Position numbers and translations under genes: made by a program | Shown: piece by piece, positions 11,207-20,617 of the stretch | Layout: every line of letters starts with the position of its first letter | Position numbering within the stretch: the first letter of the stretch is position 1 | Source of the DNA: an uncultured Erysipelotrichaceae bacterium | GTDB lineage: Bacteria; Bacillota_I; Bacilli_A; Erysipelotrichales; Erysipelotrichaceae | Reading direction: 5' to 3' | Assembly: GCA_964369955.1 (NCBI GenBank) | Contig: CAYJFQ010000006.1 | Span: forward strand, 2,763-66,762 | Length of the DNA: 64,000 nt | The notes under the pieces: generated by a model | What the model saw: only the letters and a program-made list of their open reading frames with translations | Told to the model about the DNA's origin: nothing | Database searches by the model: none

Positions 11207-11490
11207 TGAACTGTCAAAATTGTAATGAAAATATAAACCCGATGAAATTTAGAAATCTAGGTTTAACTTATCAATGTCCTAAATGTAAAAAAAGAACTAC
11301 ATTTAACCCTTCCATATTTGCGATATTTGCGATATTTATTTTTTCCTATTTTGTTTGGATGTTTATACCGGTATTGCACAATATTATTTTCGATATTATT
11401 TTAAGCTTATCAATTGGATTAATTATAGTCTTTTTAGGCTTTACAATAGTTTTAAAGTTTAACTTAGGGAAGTATGTACTTATCGACTAA
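11206..11490 (+). CDS. Small zinc-ribbon membrane protein
   Basis: 94 aa. N-terminal CQNC...CPKC pairs are followed by two hydrophobic helices. The start overlaps the previous stop. Confidence 0.45.
   Translation: MNCQNCNENINPMKFRNLGLTYQCPKCKKRTTFNPSIFAIFAIFIFSYFVWMFIPVLHNIIFDIILSLSIGLIIVFLGFTIVLKFNLGKYVLID
11314..11337 (+). repeat. In-frame 9-bp tandem repeat (ATATTTGCG, about 2.7 copies) inside the zinc-ribbon gene
   Basis: Read directly: ATATTTGCG ATATTTGCG ATATTT, encoding IFAIFAIF. Confidence 0.8.
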
Positions 11491-11971
11491 TTTCATGAGT
11501 GGATTTACTAATGAAATCTTGAATATATAGTTTATTGGCAATAACTGAAACAGTTATCCTTAAAATTCTGCCATTCTCATCACTACTCTTAACAACGTTC
11601 AAATCTTCATCAGCAGAAGTGGCAGAATTAAGAGCATCTTCAAATTTTTGACAGAAGGAATTATAGCCCTTACTAGATTTGGAAGTTGAGATTTGGAATT
11701 TAATAAGCTTGTTGATCTCTTGAATTGAAAAAGCTTGTTTTAATATACAAACCGCTATTAGGTATCCTAAGTGGTGAGTTGTATATCTTTTATTAACAGG
11801 CGCTTCAATAATTCCAACTTTCACATAATTATTGACCATAGTTTTAGTTAATTTTTCACCAGTTATTTCATTAAGAAACTCTAAGTGATAGTTAATAAAC
11901 TCCAATGTTTGGTCCATATATAAACCAATGGTTGGAAGTTCTTCCCAACGGGGTAAATTTACATTTTTCAT
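11480..11971 (-). CDS. DUF1836-like protein
   Basis: 163 aa. The N-terminal LPRWEELPTIGLYMDQ segment resembles DUF1836 proteins, which commonly sit divergent from degV. Confidence 0.5.
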   Translation of the reverse strand: MKNVNLPRWEELPTIGLYMDQTLEFINYHLEFLNEITGEKLTKTMVNNYVKVGIIEAPVNKRYTTHHLGYLIAVCILKQAFSIQEINKLIKFQISTSKSSKGYNSFCQKFEDALNSATSADEDLNVVKSSDENGRILRITVSVIANKLYIQDFISKSTHEISR

Positions 11972-12097
11972 GTTATAATTATATAATAAAAAATAGGAAA
12001 TTATCTAGTAATTTTTTTATTAGTATTTAATACTATGTGTTGTCATATTTAATACCATATGTTATATTTAATCATAGAGAATGGAGAAATTATAAAA

Positions 12098-12946
12098 ATG
12101 AGAAAAATTGCAGTTGTATGTGATTCAGGCACAAATATTCCACCTGAATACAAAAATGAAGATTTATTTATTTTGCCATTAAAAGTTGTCAGAGAGGGTG
12201 TTGTATTGCTTGATGGTATTGAAATTTCAGGAGATGAAGTAATTAGTGAAATGAGTACAGTTGATTTTAAAACATCTTTAGCATCTCCTGGTGAGATGAT
12301 TGATCTGTATGAAAAAATTAAAAAATTAGGATATAAAGACATATTAGTAGTAGCTATATCTAGCGGACTTTCAGGAACATTTAATGCATTTAGATTAGCG
12401 GCTGATAGTGTTGAAGGTGTCAATTTTGAATTTGTAGATACTTTAAATATAAGTACAGGAGCAGGTTTGTTTGTTTTTGATGCTTTTAAACATATTGATG
12501 CAGGTAAAAGTTTAAAAGAAACAGCGGATATTTTAAAAAGCAAAGTCACAAAATCTCATGTTTATTTTTGCGTTGGTACATTAGAATATTTAATAAAAGG
12601 TGGCAGAATTGGAAAAGTAAGTGGATTTGTTGGTGAGATGTTAAACCTAAAACCTGTTATTACTTGTGACCACGAAGGAATTTATGCGACGGTTACTAAA
12701 GCGCGTGGGAAATTACAAGGCGTTAATAAAATTATTGATCGTTTAGTTGAAGATTTCAAAGATTATAAAAAAGTCGAGTATGCAATAGCTCATTCAAATA
12801 ATTTTGAGGAAGTTGAATATATCGAAGCTAAATTAAGAGAAAAGCTAGACAACATTGTTAACATTAGTAAGGTAACAGTTTCTCCTTCAATGAGTGTTCA
12901 TGCAGGGCCTGATTTAGTGGGTGCTGCCGCCATTCCGGTAGAATAG
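12098..12946 (+). CDS. DegV-family fatty-acid-binding protein
   Basis: Track ORF 12059..12946. The ATG at 12098 (MRKIAVVCDSG) gives the canonical DegV N-terminus. SSGLSGT and a GGRIG-like segment are present. Confidence 0.85.
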   Translation: MRKIAVVCDSGTNIPPEYKNEDLFILPLKVVREGVVLLDGIEISGDEVISEMSTVDFKTSLASPGEMIDLYEKIKKLGYKDILVVAISSGLSGTFNAFRLAADSVEGVNFEFVDTLNISTGAGLFVFDAFKHIDAGKSLKETADILKSKVTKSHVYFCVGTLEYLIKGGRIGKVSGFVGEMLNLKPVITCDHEGIYATVTKARGKLQGVNKIIDRLVEDFKDYKKVEYAIAHSNNFEEVEYIEAKLREKLDNIVNISKVTVSPSMSVHAGPDLVGAAAIPVE

Positions 12947-13039
12947 AAGAAAATATCTAACAAATTGTGTTGGTAATTAACACAGCAATAAAAGATGTAG
13001 TGCTCTATATCAGCAGAATATGACAGAATATTATTACAA

Positions 13040-13070
13040 AAGATAAACATTTAGTGTTTATCTTTTTTTA
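13040..13070. terminator. Hairpin with flanking A/T runs between degV and azlD (convergent)
   Basis: AAAAGATAAACA...TGTTTATCTTTTTTT is visible at about 13040-13070. Confidence 0.55.
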
Positions 13071-13388
13071 TGTTAAGATAGTCTGAATAAGAATCATATA
13101 TAGGATTGTTCCTCCGAAAATACTAAGCAGAGTATTGTGTCTTAGTTTAAAACTTACAACAACAAACAATAAAGAAATAAGTTCAGGTAATCCATAACGA
13201 CCGCTTGAAATATCGGTATCTTTAAGAGAGTAAACAATCAACATTCCAATTATTCCATAACTGAGAGCTGCACTTAGATTTAAGAGATACTGATTAGGTT
13301 TTTTCTTAAAAATGATAAAGGGCAGAGCTCTTAAAGTAAAGGTTGTGACTGAGATGACAACTATTGCACTTAACAAATAATTATCCAT
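13068..13388 (-). CDS. azlD: Branched-chain amino acid exporter small subunit AzlD
   Basis: 106-aa hydrophobic protein that overlaps the azlC stop. The pairing and size are typical of AzlD. Confidence 0.7.
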   Translation of the reverse strand: MDNYLLSAIVVISVTTFTLRALPFIIFKKKPNQYLLNLSAALSYGIIGMLIVYSLKDTDISSGRYGLPELISLLFVVVSFKLRHNTLLSIFGGTILYMILIQTILT

Positions 13389-14067
13389 GATTTCCTCCTT
13401 TAATCAAGTAACAGATATTTAATAAAATAACAATTAAAATCATTGAAGGAATAAGAAAACTTTCCTTACCAAAGATAAGTAAACATCCTAAGGTTGAAAG
13501 AACTCCAATAATGGCGGGCAATCTCCCATCTTTCTTTTCCCATTGAGAAAGAAAGATAACAACAAATAAGGCGGTCATTGAAAATTCAACTCCCATAGTA
13601 TTGAAACTAATTAGTGTTCCAAGTATTGCACCTAGAGTACAGCCAATAATCCAATATGTTTGATTAAGAATTGAAATATAGAAATACTCTTTTTTATTGT
13701 CAGAGTCAATATTACAAACTAAAGAAAAAGTTTCGTCAGTTAAAGAAAAGATTAAATAAGGTTTTAATTTATTAGTATTTAGGTATTTGTCTAACATCGC
13801 AAGACCATAGAATAAATGACGAATATTAACAAGTATTGTCATAATCATAATTGAGGTAAGTGATGTAGCAGTTGATAAGAGGTTAACGGCTAGATACTGC
13901 ATTGAACCTGCATAGATAAAAATCGCCATCAGAGAAGAGTAGTACCAAGCAAAACCATAGTCATTCATCAGTATTCCAAATCCTATTCCTAGTACCAAGT
14001 AGCCGCTCATTACAGGGAGAGTTTTAATTATAGAGTCTATTAGTAGTCGTTTATTAATTAATTTCAT
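13381..14067 (-). CDS. azlC: Branched-chain amino acid exporter subunit AzlC
   Basis: 228-aa polytopic protein. The N-terminal PVMSGYLVLGIGFG and AGSMQY segments match the AzlC family. Confidence 0.8.
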   Translation of the reverse strand: MKLINKRLLIDSIIKTLPVMSGYLVLGIGFGILMNDYGFAWYYSSLMAIFIYAGSMQYLAVNLLSTATSLTSIMIMTILVNIRHLFYGLAMLDKYLNTNKLKPYLIFSLTDETFSLVCNIDSDNKKEYFYISILNQTYWIIGCTLGAILGTLISFNTMGVEFSMTALFVVIFLSQWEKKDGRLPAIIGVLSTLGCLLIFGKESFLIPSMILIVILLNICYLIKGGNHG

Positions 14068-14174
14068 TTTTTAATGTTATCATGAATTAGAAGTGGTGTA
14101 TATATTTCTTGTTGCATATCTATAATGTCAATGATATAATGTATAGGCGTTAAAGAATGGAGGAGAAAATTTAT

Positions 14175-14399
14175 ATGTTAGATATGATTTTAATGTTTGT
14201 GGCGATTGTTTTAATTCTCCTTACTTTACTACAAGGTGGAAAATCAGAGGGTATATCTAGCGCTTTTACAGGAAGCGGCGGAATTAACTTATTCAAGAAT
14301 GCTAAAGAGCGTGGTCCAGAAAGGATTATCGCAAATATTACTTTAGTATTTGGTATCCTATTTTTTGTACTAGTACTAGTAATTAGAGTTATGAACTAA
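14175..14399 (+). CDS. secG: Preprotein translocase subunit SecG
   Basis: Track ORF 14157..14399. The ATG at 14175 lies 9 nt after SD GGAGGAG. Two TM helices flank the LLQGGKSEG...GG segment typical of SecG. Confidence 0.85.
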   Translation: MLDMILMFVAIVLILLTLLQGGKSEGISSAFTGSGGINLFKNAKERGPERIIANITLVFGILFFVLVLVIRVMN

Positions 14400-14420
14400 A
14401 AGGCGCAAAAGCCTTTTTTT
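14398..14420 (+). terminator. Intrinsic terminator after secG
   Basis: AAAAGGC / GCCTTTT stem followed by a T-run. Confidence 0.6.
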
Positions 14421-14438
14421 ATTTTATGTGGAGTGTAT

Positions 14439-16577
14439 ATGAATAAACAAGAAATATTAGCTTTTATTGAAAAGAAATACCCAACGACTGTAAAACATTT
14501 AACAGTTGCTTTTAAGGCTGATATGGCTGATGATTTTGTTGGAATAATGAAGATCTTGAACCAATTAGAAGAAGAATATTTAATTGCTAGAGATGAAGAT
14601 GATAATTACTTACCTTTTAAGAAATCTAATTATCGCATTGGCACTTTCAAATTAAATCCTAAAGGATTTGGTTTTGTAGATATGGTTGAAGGATCTTATT
14701 TCGTTGGCAAAGATTATACTAAGAAAGCCATGAATGGAGATGAGGTTTTAATCTTAATTGATGGTGATGAAGCTGAAGTTATCAAAGTATTAAATCACAA
14801 GAAAAGAAAGTTAGTTTTAGAAGTGTGTCGCTATCACGACAAATTTCAACTTGTGAGCTTAGATCAAACAATTAATCAAAAGATTACTGCTATCAATCTT
14901 AAAGATTTTAAACTTGCAATCGGCAGTTATTTAGACTGCAAGATAGTAGAATACTTCCCGGAGTTAAGTGTTAGAATAGTAGAAATTATTGGTCATAAAA
15001 ATGATCCAGGTTTAGATATTCAAGCAATTCTGTTAAGTCATAATATTATTAGTGAATTTCCTGATGAAGTGATGCAAGAAGTGAATAATATGGACTTTGG
15101 AATAAGTGATGAAGAATTAAATGGACGTACTGATCATGTTTGTTTGCCAACGGTTACTATCGATGGTGATGATGCAAAAGATTTGGATGACGCTATTAGC
15201 ATTGAAAAGTTAGATGATGGTTACCTGCTTTATGTTCACATTGCAGATGTTTCTCACTATGTAAGAGAGGGTTCGTTATTGGACCAAGAAGCTTATAAAA
15301 GAGGCACTTCTGTTTATGTAGTTAACAAGGTTGTGCCTATGTTGCCACACAGTCTATCAAATAACATTTGTTCATTAAACCCTAAAAGTTTAAGACTAAC
15401 ATTAACCTGTAAGATGAAAATTGATATAAATGGAGAAGTGGTAGATTATGATATCTATCCATCATACATTCAAACTATAGCCAGATTAACTTATAACAAT
15501 GTAAATAAAATGTTAGAAGGCAACAAGAAAGTTATTTCAGATTTTGAACATCTAATGCCAATGGTTCAAGATATGTCTAAATGCGCTGGATTGATTCGTA
15601 AGAATCGAGTTAGTAAAGGGGTAATCGATTTTAATCGGGTTGAGTCTAAAGTTATAGTTGGTGACAATGGCAAGGTTAAAGAAATAGTTCTAAGAGAAAC
15701 TAAAGAAGCTGAGGCTATTATTGAAGACTTTATGATAAGCGCAAATGTCACAGTAGCCAAACAAATGAAGTATCTAGAATTACCAGCCCTATATCGTGTT
15801 CATGATGAACCAAGAGAAAAAAAGATTAAAGATTTTGGAATGTTGGCCACTAACCTCGGTTTTGGGTTTTCAAGTGGAAAACACGGAATCACACCATTAA
15901 TGTTACAAGCTGCCTTAAAAAAATCTGAAGGTACTGATGCTTTTCCGGTTTTAAGTACTGCTTTATTAAGAAGTATGAGTAAAGCCATTTATAGCCCAAC
16001 TTGTACTGGACATTTTGGCCTGGCATTAGAAGAATATCTACACTTTACTAGCCCTATCAGGAGATATCCAGATTTAATAGTTCACCGTAATTTAAGGAAG
16101 TATCTATTCAATCAAAACTATCAAACTGAAGAAATAAGAAATGACGAATCAAAAATGGAGGAAATGGCACAACAAACTTCATTTTTAGAAAGAAATGCTG
16201 CAGAAGCCGAGTTTGAAGTTTCTGATATGAAAAAAGCCGAATATATGAATCGTTATATCGGACATCCGGTTAGTGGAGTTATCACTAGTGTAAATAAATT
16301 TGGTTTCTATGTAGAACTACCTAACACAGTGGAAGGATTAGTACATATCTCTAGTTTAAGAGGTTACTACGATTATGAAAAAGATAACTTTTGTTTAGTT
16401 AATAAAAAAACAAGTAAAGTTTATAAGCTAGGACAAAAAGTTAATTGTGTTGTAAAATATGTAAATAAGGATCAAAGAATTATTGAATTTGAAGTAGTAG
16501 AGGAAAGTAAAAAGAAAGATGGAAAAAATAATCGCCGTAAACCGACAGGCAAGTCACGAGTATTTTCTAAGCGATAA
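14439..16577 (+). CDS. rnr: Ribonuclease R
   Basis: Track ORF 14433..16577 (GTG); ATG at 14439. Contains the RNB catalytic region (DGDDAKDLDDAIS), a C-terminal S1 domain and a Lys/Arg-rich tail. The last 59 nt overlap smpB. Confidence 0.9.
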   Translation: MNKQEILAFIEKKYPTTVKHLTVAFKADMADDFVGIMKILNQLEEEYLIARDEDDNYLPFKKSNYRIGTFKLNPKGFGFVDMVEGSYFVGKDYTKKAMNGDEVLILIDGDEAEVIKVLNHKKRKLVLEVCRYHDKFQLVSLDQTINQKITAINLKDFKLAIGSYLDCKIVEYFPELSVRIVEIIGHKNDPGLDIQAILLSHNIISEFPDEVMQEVNNMDFGISDEELNGRTDHVCLPTVTIDGDDAKDLDDAISIEKLDDGYLLYVHIADVSHYVREGSLLDQEAYKRGTSVYVVNKVVPMLPHSLSNNICSLNPKSLRLTLTCKMKIDINGEVVDYDIYPSYIQTIARLTYNNVNKMLEGNKKVISDFEHLMPMVQDMSKCAGLIRKNRVSKGVIDFNRVESKVIVGDNGKVKEIVLRETKEAEAIIEDFMISANVTVAKQMKYLELPALYRVHDEPREKKIKDFGMLATNLGFGFSSGKHGITPLMLQAALKKSEGTDAFPVLSTALLRSMSKAIYSPTCTGHFGLALEEYLHFTSPIRRYPDLIVHRNLRKYLFNQNYQTEEIRNDESKMEEMAQQTSFLERNAAEAEFEVSDMKKAEYMNRYIGHPVSGVITSVNKFGFYVELPNTVEGLVHISSLRGYYDYEKDNFCLVNKKTSKVYKLGQKVNCVVKYVNKDQRIIEFEVVEESKKKDGKNNRRKPTGKSRVFSKR

Positions 16578-16968
16578 ACTAGAAGCTGGGTTGGTACTCA
16601 TGGGTACTGAGATCAAATCAATTAGAAAAGGCAATTGTAATTTAAAAGGATCATATATCGATATTAAAGGACACGAAGCCTTTATTAATGACATGCATAT
16701 AGCAGAGTTTGAACAAGGTAATCGTTTCAACCATGAAATGAAAAGACCACGCAAATTATTGCTTCACAGAAAAGAAATTATTAAATTAGCTCAACAAGTT
16801 AAAATAAAAGGCTTCACTATTGTACCAACTAAGTTATATTTTTCTAGAGGTCGTGTTAAAATAGAGATAGCCCTTGCGAAAGGGAAAGAACTTCATGACA
16901 AACGCAACTCTTTGAAAGAAAAGGAAATGAAAAGAGAGATGGATAAAGCTATGAAGATCAGGTATTAA
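16519..16968 (+). CDS. smpB: SsrA-binding protein SmpB
   Basis: 149 aa. The IAVNRQASHEYFL N-terminus and RPRKLLLHRKEI segment are canonical SmpB. Confidence 0.95.
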   Translation: MEKIIAVNRQASHEYFLSDKLEAGLVLMGTEIKSIRKGNCNLKGSYIDIKGHEAFINDMHIAEFEQGNRFNHEMKRPRKLLLHRKEIIKLAQQVKIKGFTIVPTKLYFSRGRVKIEIALAKGKELHDKRNSLKEKEMKREMDKAMKIRY

Positions 16969-16969
16969 T

Positions 16970-17322
16970 GGGGGTGTAATGGATTTCGACAGGTAGTGAT
17001 TGGATTTTAAGTGCAGTGGTCTGGTAGACCTTAATACCGAAACAAAAAAATAAACGGAAACAATAGATTAAGTTTCGCTGCTTAATTACTCGACACAGAG
17101 TTAGTAGCTGCTAGTTAAAGTTTTAGTCTTTGGGCTTTAAACTAGTACCAGAAACAAAGAATAAGCAAGTATGAAGTTTGTGAATACTTGACGAAAAACA
17201 TACAAACAACTCATAAGTATTCTTGTCTATTAGTAACTTATGAGTACCATAATAGACTAAACTGTAGTACTTAAAATGGGGATCCTATTTGGACAGGGGT
17301 TCGACTCCCCTCACCTCCACCA
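16970..17322 (+). ncRNA. ssrA: tmRNA (SsrA)
   Basis: The 5' GGGGGTG pairs with the 3' CACCTCC-ACCA, giving a G3-U70 alanine identity pair. GGATTTCGACAGG is present near the 5' end and a T-arm GGGGTTCGACTCCCC near the 3' end. Length is 353 nt. The tag frame GGA AAC AAT AGA TTA AGT TTC GCT GCT TAA (17056-17085) encodes ...GNNRLSFAA. The exact resume codon is not certain. Confidence 0.9.
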
Positions 17323-17332
17323 AAAAAAACAA

Positions 17333-17350
17333 AAACCTATTAGGTTTAAA
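17333..17350 (+). terminator. Short hairpin plus A/T tract after ssrA
   Basis: AAACCT-ATT-AGGTTT. Confidence 0.4.
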
Positions 17351-17796
17351 ATAGAATGCAAAAGAAAGCAGATTGATTTAAAAAACACAAAGATAAAATT
17401 GATTCATTTGGTAAAACTGTTAAATCAGCTATTGATAATACTAAAAAATGTTTCGAAAAAACTGATAATAAATCAATTGAAAATTCTGCATTATTTGCAC
17501 TAAAACTCAAGGCACACATATCGACCTAAGATTTGTTATACTGTTTAATTACACAAGAGTTGACTGAACAAATATTGAAAATATTAACATTAGATATAGA
17601 TGCTAAAAAATAACAGAAATTTGTAGAAGCAATGACGTTTTTTATACTAAAAATACTCACATTGACTACTAAAGTAAATAACTATTGCAAGAATATAATT
17701 TATGTTATAATCAATTGAAATATAAATTAGCTATACAGTTAGTTGTTTATATTTTGTCAAAATTAAAAAATAATTTGCAGTACAAAGGAGTGTAAA

Positions 17797-18549
17797 ATGA
17801 AGAAAAAATTAGTGATCATATTATTGTTATTAGTGATTTTATACTGTATTTTTATGATATATAGTGAATTGTCACAAAGGCTGAAAGAAGAAAATGAATT
17901 TGCAAATCTACGAGACTTAGTGAGCGAAGAAGATAATAATCCTGATGATAACTCATTTGATGAAGATACAGTAATTATGAAAAAAATGGAAGAACTATAT
18001 AAAAAGAATGATGATTTTGTTGGATGGGTAGAGATAGAAAACACAAGAATAAGCTATCCAGTAATGCATACACCTAGTGATGAAGAGTACTATATTCACA
18101 GAAATTTTGATAAAGAATATTCATTCAGTGGAACGCCATTTTTAGCTGCTAATAGTGACGTAGATGAAGAAAATCAACAATTAATTATTTACGGTCATAA
18201 CATGATAAATGACACCTTATTTAGTGATTTAGTAAAATATAAGAAAAAATCTTTCTGGGAAGAGCATCCAACTATTTCATTTGACACATTAAACGAAAGC
18301 AAAGAGTATGAAATATATGCTGCATTTGAAATCGATGTGCAATCAGGAACAAACCACTTTATGTTTTATCAAGAAAACTCATTTAATAATGAAGATGATT
18401 TTAATAACTTTATCAATGAGACAAAATCATTATCGGTGTATAACACTAACATCACACCAGAATACGGTGAAACATTATTAACACTAGTTACATGCAGTGA
18501 TTATAATGAAACTGGAAGAGTGGCTGTGTTTGCTGTAGAAAAGCAATGA
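17797..18549 (+). CDS. srtB: Class B sortase
   Basis: 250 aa with SD AAAGGAG and an N-terminal TM anchor. Contains NDDFVGWVEI, the catalytic His in IIYGHNM, the catalytic Cys in TLVTCS and a C-terminal Arg (GRVAVFA). Confidence 0.85.
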   Translation: MKKKLVIILLLLVILYCIFMIYSELSQRLKEENEFANLRDLVSEEDNNPDDNSFDEDTVIMKKMEELYKKNDDFVGWVEIENTRISYPVMHTPSDEEYYIHRNFDKEYSFSGTPFLAANSDVDEENQQLIIYGHNMINDTLFSDLVKYKKKSFWEEHPTISFDTLNESKEYEIYAAFEIDVQSGTNHFMFYQENSFNNEDDFNNFINETKSLSVYNTNITPEYGETLLTLVTCSDYNETGRVAVFAVEKQ

Positions 18550-18606
18550 GTTCATATATAATTTAAAAATAATTCCAGATATCGAATATTAATGTAGATT
18601 TTGTAT

Positions 18607-18637
18607 AAAATAATGTAGCATAAAGCTACATTATTTT
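18607..18637 (+). terminator. Intrinsic terminator after srtB
   Basis: AAAATAATGTAGC / GCTACATTATTTT perfect stem. Confidence 0.75.
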
Positions 18638-18937
18638 ATGTCAACATGAATTTTAGTATCTAATATATTATGTCATTTATAGGAACACTTTTTATTTTTA
18701 CATCTTAAGTTATCATTATTAAAATTTTAAATAGATATGTAGTTGTCTTGGTTAGTAACTGAATAACTGTAGTATTTGATACAAAATGAGTGTAGATAAT
18801 AAACGTTTAACTAAAATATAACTAATTGTTAACATTTTTAATTGTCTTTATTGGCTAATTGACTTTTATTTAAAAAAAAGTATACTTATAATGAAATTGA
18901 TAATAAACGAAAAGAAAAATAAGGGAAGGTATAAAAT

Positions 18938-20617
18938 TTGTATAAAGATTCAATAAAATCATACTCAGCAGTATTTGCTATTTTAGCATTGGCTTTATTT
19001 GCAAATCATATTAATAATTTATTTTATGACCCTACAAAATATGGATTTATAAATTCATTCTTTTTTATTATATCAACATCTATATATTTCGGGATCATAA
19101 TGTATTGGATTATAAGTGTCCACCGTCGAATCATGGATCAGAATATAAAAAATCAATTAATTGTCATAGGAGTACTTTTATTTTTTTGGATGTCAGTTAG
19201 ATCATTGAGGTACCGTGCATTTGAGTTCATGCCAAATGAAGGGAGTACATTGTGGTATTGTTTTTATATACCACTAATTCTAATTCCATTAATCTTTTTT
19301 TATATATCTATGGTCATTGGCAGGAAATCCAATCATGAAATTAATAAAAAATGGTATTTGCTTTACATTCCTGCGGTTATATTGATAGGTTTAATTTTAA
19401 CTAATGATTCTCATAATCTATTCTTTATTGTGGATAGAAATGTGGGAAGTAGTTCTCAAGCATATACGTATGCTAATGGATATTTTGTTGTCGTTACCTT
19501 TATTTGTGGACTACTTATTGCGTCATTTTATAACCTAATTAAGAACTTCAACTCAGTTGACGGCAAGGTGCCTATTATGCCAGTTTTTGTGCTGGCAATA
19601 TTATTTGTCTATTCGATAATATACACTGGATATTTCAAAAACGAAAGTTTAGCAATTGATTTTACTAGTTTTTCTTGCATAATAGGAATTGTTTTTTGGG
19701 AGGTCAGTATTCGATCAAGATTGATACGTTCAAACAGTCATCATCAAGAGATATTTGCAGCTACAGATTGTGGGGCACAAATTCTAGATCACGCTGGCAA
19801 TGTATTTGACATGTCAATTTCTAGCACTCCACTTAAAGAAGATGAGTTTGAAAAGTTGAAATTAGAAGGACATTTATATCTAGACAACAAAATCAAGCAC
19901 ATTGCTAAGATTTATGGTGGATATGTCGTCTGGAAAGATGATATTACTATATTGAATGCGCATATTGATGAATTAAATAATTTAAGCAAGAAATTATTTA
20001 ACGATATCGAAATTTTAGAGAAAGAGTATAAAGAGAATGAAAAGCGAGAGTATTTAGAAAGAAAAACTAAGCTCCTTAAAATAATCTTCGATGAGTTAGT
20101 TCCGCATAGTGAGCATATAATGCACTTAACAAAAAAATGTAAAAAATCAAAGTATGAAGTTAAAAATAATTTACTATACGAAATAGCGGTTGAATCGGTA
20201 TTCATTAAACGCAAAATCAATTTATTATTAAGCAAAGAAACAACTAATTTGATTTCATCTTTAGAAGTTAGTTATTGCTTTAAAGAACTATTTCAAATAT
20301 TGAGATTCTCAGGAACGGTTTGTGAGATAAATATTGTTAAAGAATTTGATATGCCAATTATTTTTGGAGAGTGTTCATATGATTTATTTTTAGAAATTAT
20401 CAAAATGTATGACTATCGAGCTAGCCATGTTTTAATTAGCTATGATATTAATAATGACAATATAAGGTTTAATATTCAAATCAGCGGAGATTCATTAACT
20501 GATGTAATTTCAATATTAGATAATGATAATCTGCTAGATAACAGCAGTATTAGTGTGGTCGATGAAATTGATAACTATCACATCTCATTAGTCCTACCTG
20601 TAGAAGGGAGAGCGTGA
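18938..20617 (+). CDS. Multi-pass membrane sensor, kinase-like but lacking the phospho-accepting His (pseudo-histidine kinase)
   Basis: 559 aa with a TTG start and a purine-rich SD. Seven or eight N-terminal TM segments resemble the 7TM N-terminal module of some histidine kinases. A coiled-coil follows, and IIFDELV sits where the downstream paralogous kinase has RFHDDLG. No G1/G2 ATP-lid glycine motifs are visible. Confidence 0.55.
   Translation: MYKDSIKSYSAVFAILALALFANHINNLFYDPTKYGFINSFFFIISTSIYFGIIMYWIISVHRRIMDQNIKNQLIVIGVLLFFWMSVRSLRYRAFEFMPNEGSTLWYCFYIPLILIPLIFFYISMVIGRKSNHEINKKWYLLYIPAVILIGLILTNDSHNLFFIVDRNVGSSSQAYTYANGYFVVVTFICGLLIASFYNLIKNFNSVDGKVPIMPVFVLAILFVYSIIYTGYFKNESLAIDFTSFSCIIGIVFWEVSIRSRLIRSNSHHQEIFAATDCGAQILDHAGNVFDMSISSTPLKEDEFEKLKLEGHLYLDNKIKHIAKIYGGYVVWKDDITILNAHIDELNNLSKKLFNDIEILEKEYKENEKREYLERKTKLLKIIFDELVPHSEHIMHLTKKCKKSKYEVKNNLLYEIAVESVFIKRKINLLLSKETTNLISSLEVSYCFKELFQILRFSGTVCEINIVKEFDMPIIFGECSYDLFLEIIKMYDYRASHVLISYDINNDNIRFNIQISGDSLTDVISILDNDNLLDNSSISVVDEIDNYHISLVLPVEGRA

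Noticed and set aside
11314-11337. The 9-bp tandem repeat as a phase-variation (slipped-strand) switch.
   Set aside because: The unit length is a multiple of three, so copy-number change would not shift the frame. There are only about 2.7 copies. It would merely vary a TM-helix length.
12049-12549. 166-aa ORF antisense to degV, together with the similar antisense or alternative-frame track ORFs at 1607-1918, 2299-2607, 3392-3703, 6527-6757, 15566-15760, 15800-15988, 16554-16754, 17763-18044, 19912-20235, 20679-20903, 21145-21333, 26931-27290, 28500-28682, 28833-29024, 29287-29532, 29533-29793, 30191-30430, 31522-31752, 33186-33398, 39105-39293, 43802-43990, 47057-47281, 47924-48145, 50212-50418, 54098-54310, 58106-58297 and 58548-58730.
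   Set aside because: All lie inside well-supported conserved genes, on the opposite strand or in another frame. They lack ribosome-binding sites and have the Ser/Leu/Ile/Phe-rich composition expected from shadow translation of AT-rich coding sequence.
17276-17503. 75-aa track ORF (MGILFGQGFDSPHLHQKK...).
   Set aside because: Its first third is the 3' end of tmRNA (T-arm and acceptor). It has no SD, and the rest is a low-complexity AT-rich translation. I treat it as spurious.
17355-17530. Possible small gene with an in-frame TGA (MQKKAD-TGA-FKKHKDKIDSFGKTVKSAIDN...), suggesting UGA-as-Trp recoding or a Mollicutes-type code.
   Set aside because: TGA functions as a stop in this window, for example at 1294-1296 and 20615-20617. 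None of the roughly 70 conserved ORFs needs TGA read-through. The fragment has no SD. It is more likely a remnant than a recoded gene.
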